The position numbers and the translations under genes were made by a program. Shown here in pieces: positions 1 through 1,431 of a stretch of 1,431 bases of DNA; the stretch's first letter is position 1; the number at the start of each line of letters is the position of its first letter. The DNA comes from Escherichia coli (GTDB lineage: Bacteria; Pseudomonadota; Gammaproteobacteria; Enterobacterales; Enterobacteriaceae). Under the pieces are notes generated by a model. That model worked only from the letters and a program-made list of their open reading frames with translations, was not told the DNA's origin and ran no database searches. The stretch lies in the NCBI RefSeq assembly GCF_003334385.1, contig NZ_QOWN01000113.1; one strand, given 5' to 3'.

Positions 1-122
1 CGCTCAAGCAACAGCGCATTCTGGCGCATGATCCGGTAAACACGTTTGGCATTGATCGCAGGCATACCATCAAGTTCGGCCTGTCTGCGAAGCAGCGCCC
101 ATACCCGACGATAACCATACGT
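1..122 (-). pseudogene. insD: IS2 (IS3 family) orfB/InsD transposase, internal fragment of an IS2 remnant; 5' end of the gene and orfA are absent, and the 3' part continues beyond the window start
   Basis: The reverse complement of 1-122, read in frame from 122, gives [40 protein letters not shown](R). This matches my recollection of E. coli IS2 InsD (...[52 protein letters not shown]...). Upstream on the minus strand (123-140) the frame reads ...YCTVRD instead of the expected ...HHVIGELP, so similarity ends at about 122/123. There is no start codon or IS2 terminal repeat at the break. Confidence 0.85.
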
Positions 123-142
123 GTCACGAACGGTGCAATAGT

Positions 143-165
143 GATTCTTCCGCAACTTGGGTGGA
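143..165 (+). repeat. Putative left terminal inverted repeat (IRL) of the ISL3-family element
   Basis: GATTCTTCCGCAACTTGGGTGGA begins with a motif close to the GGCTCTTCCG start shared by many ISL3-family IRs. It lies about 75 bp upstream of the transposase start, a usual distance. The matching IRR is outside the window, so this cannot be confirmed here, and the length is a guess. Confidence 0.35.
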
Positions 166-1354
166 AGAAAATGGATGAAACTTTCTGGTGAACAAAGATC
201 TAAGCTGTTTTAAGTCATGGGCAACTCAATGCACTCTCTTAAGACACTTCTACAGTTACCTTGCGGATGGCGATGCAGTCGACAAATTATTAGCTCTGAC
301 GGTATAACCCTCCATCTCCACGGAAAACGCAACACAGCACAATGTCCTGAATGCTTTAAGCGTAGCGACTCTGTTCATAGTTGTCGTCGGCGCCGGATAC
401 AGCATCTACCCTGCTCAGGACATACGCTATGGCTTGTATTTTCCGTCCGCCACTGGTACTGCCGTAACCCGGCTTGTTCACGTAAAATTTTTGCCGAGTC
501 GCTTGCTCCCTTCGCCGGTTCACACCAACAGTCTTCACTGGCGTTACAAAATTTACAACGTCAACTGGGATTAATCGCCGGAGGTGAGGCCGGGAAACGG
601 GTAGCAACGGCAGTGGGTCTCCGTTGCAGTGCTGATACTCTCCTTCGCAGGGTTATCAATACCCCGGAGACGAAACAGTCAGGCGCGCCTCATGTCGGTA
701 TTGATGAGTGGGCGTGGCATCGGGGCCACCGTTACGGTACGTTAATCGTCAATCTTGATACTCACCGTCCCCTCGTCCTGCTTCCCGGCCGTGATCAGCG
801 TACGCTGGCGACCTGGTTCAGAAAATATCCGGAAATACAGATTGTCTCGCGTGATCGCAGTGGAGTCTATGCGACAGCAGCACGTGAAGGTGCACCTCAG
901 GCCAGACAGGTGGCCGATCGATGGCATCTGCTAAAAAATATTGGCGATGCGCCTGAACGAATGATGTACAGACATATACCTCTGATACGTCTTGTTGCCA
1001 GTGAGTTGTCACCAAAGAAATCACCTGATCCAGAACCATCTGTGCCTGCAGCATCGCTCCGTCGTTCGGAACGCCTAAAACAACAAACCCGCAAAAAACG
1101 GCATCAGCGTTGGACAGAGGTTATGGCCCTGCATAACAAGGGATGTAGTTTCAGGGAAATATCCCGTATTACAGGCCTGTCGCGTGTGACAGTCAGTCGC
1201 TGGGGGCGTTCAGGAACATTCCCTGAAATGTCAACCCGGCCTCCAAAGCTAGGGCTTCTGGCCCCATGGAGGGAGTGGTTAAAAGAGCAACGAGAAAGTG
1301 GTAATTATAACGCTAGCCGGATATGGCGGGAAATGGTGGCCCGGGGATTTACAG
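143..1354 (+). mobile_element. ISL3-family insertion sequence, left portion only: putative left end, leader and most of the transposase gene; interrupted at 1354/1355 by IS186
   Basis: It contains an ISL3-type transposase ORF. The sequence GATTCTTCCG at 143-152 resembles the GGCTCTTCCG-type termini typical of ISL3-family IRs (recalled consensus, 8/10 identical). Positions 143-216 are an AT-rich non-coding leader. The right boundary is set by the start of the IS186 IR. The left boundary is uncertain and could be anywhere from 123 to about 145. Confidence 0.7.
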
Positions 1355-1359
1355 CATAA
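217..1359 (+). CDS. ISL3 family transposase, C-terminally truncated by IS186 insertion (likely non-functional pseudogene); the last two bases of the final Ala codon and the TAA stop come from the IS186 IR
   Basis: A 380-aa ORF whose upstream extension is blocked by an in-frame TAA at 211-213. It has the ISL3 zinc finger, C43-P-E-C46 ... C82-RNPA-C87 followed by RKIFAE (nt ~343-489). An HTH-like GGEAGKRVATAVGLRCSADTLLRRV lies at nt ~580-654. The DDE_Tnp_ISL3 motifs are GIDEWAWHRGHRYGT (D163, nt 703-705), IVSRDRSGVY (D213, nt 853-855) and DRWHLLKN. A second HTH, CSFREISRITGLSRVTVSRW (nt ~1144-1203), is followed by LAPWREWLKEQRESGNYNASRIWREMVARGF, as in long-form ISL3 transposases. The C-terminal SNGxxEGxINRLKxIKRxxYG-type motif carrying the catalytic Glu is missing. 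No clear Shine-Dalgarno precedes ATG217 or the alternative ATG229. Confidence 0.9.
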   Translation: MGNSMHSLKTLLQLPCGWRCSRQIISSDGITLHLHGKRNTAQCPECFKRSDSVHSCRRRRIQHLPCSGHTLWLVFSVRHWYCRNPACSRKIFAESLAPFAGSHQQSSLALQNLQRQLGLIAGGEAGKRVATAVGLRCSADTLLRRVINTPETKQSGAPHVGIDEWAWHRGHRYGTLIVNLDTHRPLVLLPGRDQRTLATWFRKYPEIQIVSRDRSGVYATAAREGAPQARQVADRWHLLKNIGDAPERMMYRHIPLIRLVASELSPKKSPDPEPSVPAASLRRSERLKQQTRKKRHQRWTEVMALHNKGCSFREISRITGLSRVTVSRWGRSGTFPEMSTRPPKLGLLAPWREWLKEQRESGNYNASRIWREMVARGFTA

Positions 1360-1377
1360 GCGCTAACTTAAGGGTTG
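1355..1377 (+). repeat. IS186 left terminal inverted repeat (about 23 bp)
   Basis: CATAAGCGCTAACTTAAGGGTTG is the IS186 terminal IR as I recall it (right end is CAACCCTTAAGTTAGCGCTTATG). It begins exactly where similarity to ISL3 transposases should continue but the reading frame instead hits a stop. Confidence 0.8.
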
Positions 1378-1409
1378 TGGTATTACGCCTGATATGATTT
1401 AACGTGCCG

Positions 1410-1431
1410 ATGAATTACTCTCACGATAACT
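1410..1431 (+). CDS. insL: IS186 (IS4 family) transposase InsL, first 7 codons only; partial, runs off the window
   Basis: ATG AAT TAC TCT CAC GAT AAC T translates to MNYSHDN, the N-terminus of InsL as I recall it (MNYSHDNWSAILAHIGKPEELD...). It sits at the expected position relative to the IS186 IRL. Confidence 0.85.

Larger units (their letters stand above)
1355..1431 (+). mobile_element. IS186 (IS4 family), left end; continues beyond the window end
   Basis: CATAAGCGCTAACTTAAGGGTTGTGGTATTACGCCTGATATGATTTAACGTGCCGATGAATTACTCTCACGATAACT matches my recollection of the IS186 left terminus and the start of its transposase gene. The ORF start lies 55 bp inside the end. Confidence 0.88.

Noticed and set aside
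186-215. Candidate sigma70 promoter for the ISL3 transposase (TGGTGA, 18-nt spacer, TTAAGT), and TTGGGT at 157-162 as a -35 box
   Set aside because: Both hexamers match the consensus poorly. The -10 candidate ends 1 nt before the ATG, which would require a leaderless mRNA. TTGGGT has no acceptable -10 box at 16-18 bp spacing. This is not enough to support calling a promoter.
356-1094. Four minus-strand ORFs from the track (356-607, 742-927, 818-1054, 897-1094; 61-83 aa), which might be read as small antisense genes or a hidden system
   Set aside because: All lie entirely antisense to the well-supported ISL3 transposase ORF, and they overlap each other in different frames. Their composition (Arg/Cys/Ser-rich) is typical of non-coding antisense frames, and I recognise no motifs in them. 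They have no evident RBS. They are best explained as chance ORFs.
933-1098. Two A6 runs (933-938 and 1093-1098) that could be taken for programmed -1 frameshift slippery sites, as in IS3-family elements
   Set aside because: The ISL3 ORF stays open through both runs, and the conserved motifs before and after them are in the same frame. ISL3 transposases are single-ORF proteins. The genuine IS2 A6G frameshift site lies in the orfA/orfB overlap, which is absent from the fragment at 1-122.
1340-1345. CCCGGG palindrome (SmaI/XmaI site) immediately upstream of the IS186 junction
   Set aside because: It is a 6-bp palindrome expected by chance in GC-rich coding sequence. It matters only as part of the GC/G-run context noted for the IS186 target, and is not a feature in its own right.
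1360-1409. Possible terminator, or RBS/promoter, between the ISL3 stop and the insL start
   Set aside because: This interval is the IS186 terminal IR and its native leader. I see no GC-rich stem followed by a T-tract, and no clear AGGAGG-like motif upstream of ATG1410. Any regulatory role belongs to IS186 itself and cannot be established from the sequence alone.
1-1431. The possibility of a novel defence, toxin or other undescribed system in this window
   Set aside because: Positions 1-122, about 143-1354 and 1355-1431 are each accounted for by a transposase or IS terminus. Only about 20 bp (123-142) plus a 74-bp IS leader are otherwise unassigned, which leaves no room for an additional gene. 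There are no CRISPR-like, tandem or retron-like repeats.

Overview
The whole window is mobile DNA: three unrelated insertion sequences abutting one another, and I see no cargo gene or novel system. (1) Positions 1-122 on the minus strand are an internal fragment of the IS2 orfB/InsD transposase (IS3 family). It has no start codon, and the similarity stops at 122/123, which is not an IS2 terminus. (2) Positions 123-142 are a short junction I cannot assign. (3) From about 143 to 1354 is the left part of an ISL3-family IS. It has a terminus-like GATTCTTCCG motif, an AT-rich leader, and a transposase ORF at 217-1359. The ORF encodes the N-terminal CxxC...CxxxxC zinc finger, an HTH, the first two catalytic Asp motifs (GIDEW, SRDRSG), DRWHLLKN, and a second HTH. 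(4) At 1354/1355 the left terminal inverted repeat of IS186 (CATAAGCGCTAACTTAAGGGTTG) begins. It cuts the ISL3 transposase and supplies its TAA stop, and the IS186 transposase insL starts at 1410 (MNYSHDN...) and runs off the window. The ISL3 transposase therefore lacks its C-terminal region, where the catalytic Glu motif is expected, and is probably inactive. IS2 and IS186 point to an Escherichia/Shigella-type host or plasmid. The points worth checking are the order of insertion events, the unexplained IS2 breakpoint, and whether the ISL3 element is already catalogued. The IS2 and IS186 identifications rest on my memory of those sequences and need a BLAST/ISfinder check.
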